64,000 nt of DNA from Amoebidium appalachense (taxonomy: Eukaryota > Protista > Ichthyosporea): the NCBI GenBank assembly GCA_963693365.1, contig CAVNZM010000005.1, positions 7,820,710 to 7,884,709 of the forward strand. Direction: 5' to 3'. Positions 62,494 through 64,000 of the stretch are shown in pieces. Every line of letters starts with the position of its first letter. Positions within the stretch are counted from its first letter, which is position 1. The notes beneath the pieces were generated by a model. It made no database searches, had not been told where the DNA came from, and saw only the letters and a list, made by a program, of their open reading frames with translations. The position numbers and the translations under genes were made by a program.

Positions 62494-62707
62494 ACCATTC
62501 GTGTGTTGAGAGGGGAGGGGGTTTGAATGCGTCAAAAAGTACGAAGTACACAAGAACAAACGGATAACACGATGCAGAATGCAAGCCATACATAAAGAGT
62601 ATGCATTATGAGAGGGGAGGGGGGGGAGAATAGGGGGGGAAGGGGGGGGAAGGGAGAGAGAGGGTTATGACACCTTCTGCTCAAAGGGGTGGGATGAGGG
62701 GGCCAAA

Positions 62708-63327
62708 GGGGGGGGGGGGGTTTGAATGTGGAACACGGTACGAAGTACGCATACACGAAGGACACATGCACAGGCAAACATTCAAGTATGCAACATCAGC
62801 CATGCGCACAGTATGCGTCATAAGCAGAGCCCATCCTCAGGGAGGGCCCAAGTCATCAATTGCGTCTGAGTTTCGACCCCTTAGCCCGCGTATATACGAC
62901 TCTCCAACTCAGACAGCAGCATCAACTGAACTTGGGAGGGTCAACCCGTCTTGATCAAAGACGAGCAGGGTTGCTTGTGCATGCAAGGTGAGCAAAACGG
63001 TGCAAGGTGAGCAAAACGGTGAAGATGTGTGTGCATACTAAGCACATGCACGATACAGAGCACGACACAGAGCAACCATGCCCGGTTGCATGGAAGTAAA
63101 GCGGTCTCCACACAGTGATCTGTCCTGAAGGGACACCTCTGAAAGAAGACTGGGGGGGTTTGAATGTGGAACACGGTACGAAGTACGCATACACGAAGGA
63201 CACATGCAAAGGCAAACATTCAAGTATGCAACATGCGCACAGCATGCTTCATAAGCAGAGCCCATCCCCCAGGGAGGGCCCAAGTCATCAATTGCGTCTG
63301 AGTTTCGACCCCTTAGCCAGCGTATAT
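62708..63327 (-). repeat. Dispersed structured repeat, copy B (62708-63040) and partial copy C (63152-63327)
   Basis: Reverse complement of 12061-12389 with few substitutions/indels. Confidence 0.85.
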
Positions 63328-64000
63328 GGGGGGAGGGGGGGGGGGGGGAGACTGCACGTCGGGCCGTGACATGAACAACGGATCTTCGCACTGCCATTTA
63401 TTGAACAACGGATCTTCGCACTGCCATTTATTGTTCATCGTTATTCATTTTGTTTATCTTGTACCGGCCTTCGCATGATTGTTGGGTGGCCCGTAATGCG
63501 CCTTTAGACCCACCAGGCTTGACACTACAGCACACCCGACATCCCTTTCATACCTTTAACCTTGCAGGGTACTAAACACCTTCCCCAGTCAAATAAAGAG
63601 TACGTAGGTTCACTTCTACTGGCACGATTTTACATATTAGCGTCGGTCAACTACGGTTATGCTGCTACATATTATGTGTGGCTTATTACGCTATCTACAG
63701 GCTTCGTTATTGAACGAGCTTTTGAGTAGCACACTCGCGATTATCAACTATACCTTCGCACTTGTTTCCCAATCCTACACACACAGTCTATCTACAGGGT
63801 GGGATACGAGGCCATGGTGGCAATACCGCACTGGTTCTTCTTGTTGCGCGTCATCTTGAGGTAGCCCTGCAGACCCCAGGACGGGCCCCAGCTGCAACAA
63901 ACCACGCCGTTAACACAGTACCAATCGTATCACACACAGGCCACACTCTACCAACACACACCCCAAGCCCACAAACTTTCTCCACCCAGCCTTCTTCTAG

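Noticed and set aside
63373-63385. aacaacggatct similarity to the 5.8S rRNA 5' end
   Set aside because: Only ~12 nt with no continuation; no rRNA, tRNA or snRNA gene was recognised in the window.

Overview
Intron-rich, microsatellite-saturated eukaryotic genomic DNA. The gene mix (severin, TSP1, group-B bHLH, receiver domains, hevein domain) suggests a unicellular opisthokont such as an ichthyosporean, but that is inference. Almost all ORFs in the supplied track are artefacts of (CA)n/(GA)n/poly-G/C repeats. Splicing by hand at GT-AG junctions gives eight genes: a partial EEP-family nuclease/phosphatase (-); a 3-domain severin/gelsolin (+); a two-receiver-domain + bHLH transcription factor (+); a secreted trypsin-TSP1-PAN-hevein mosaic protease (-); an inositol polyphosphate 5-phosphatase (+); a secreted mucin-like, putatively GPI-anchored protein (-); a bacterial-like TesB acyl-CoA thioesterase (+); and a VASt/StARkin lipid-transfer protein (-). 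Mobile DNA includes a Kolobok-like MITE (TTAA TSD), a hAT-like MITE (8-bp TSD), a 5'-truncated LINE (12-bp TSD), a degenerate MITE and a structured dispersed repeat. The most notable signals are the REC-REC-bHLH fusion (hidden by a G-run frameshift), intronic minisatellites built from splice signals, and acceptors embedded in (CA)n with no polypyrimidine tract. Exon coordinates were read by eye and may be off by a few bases.
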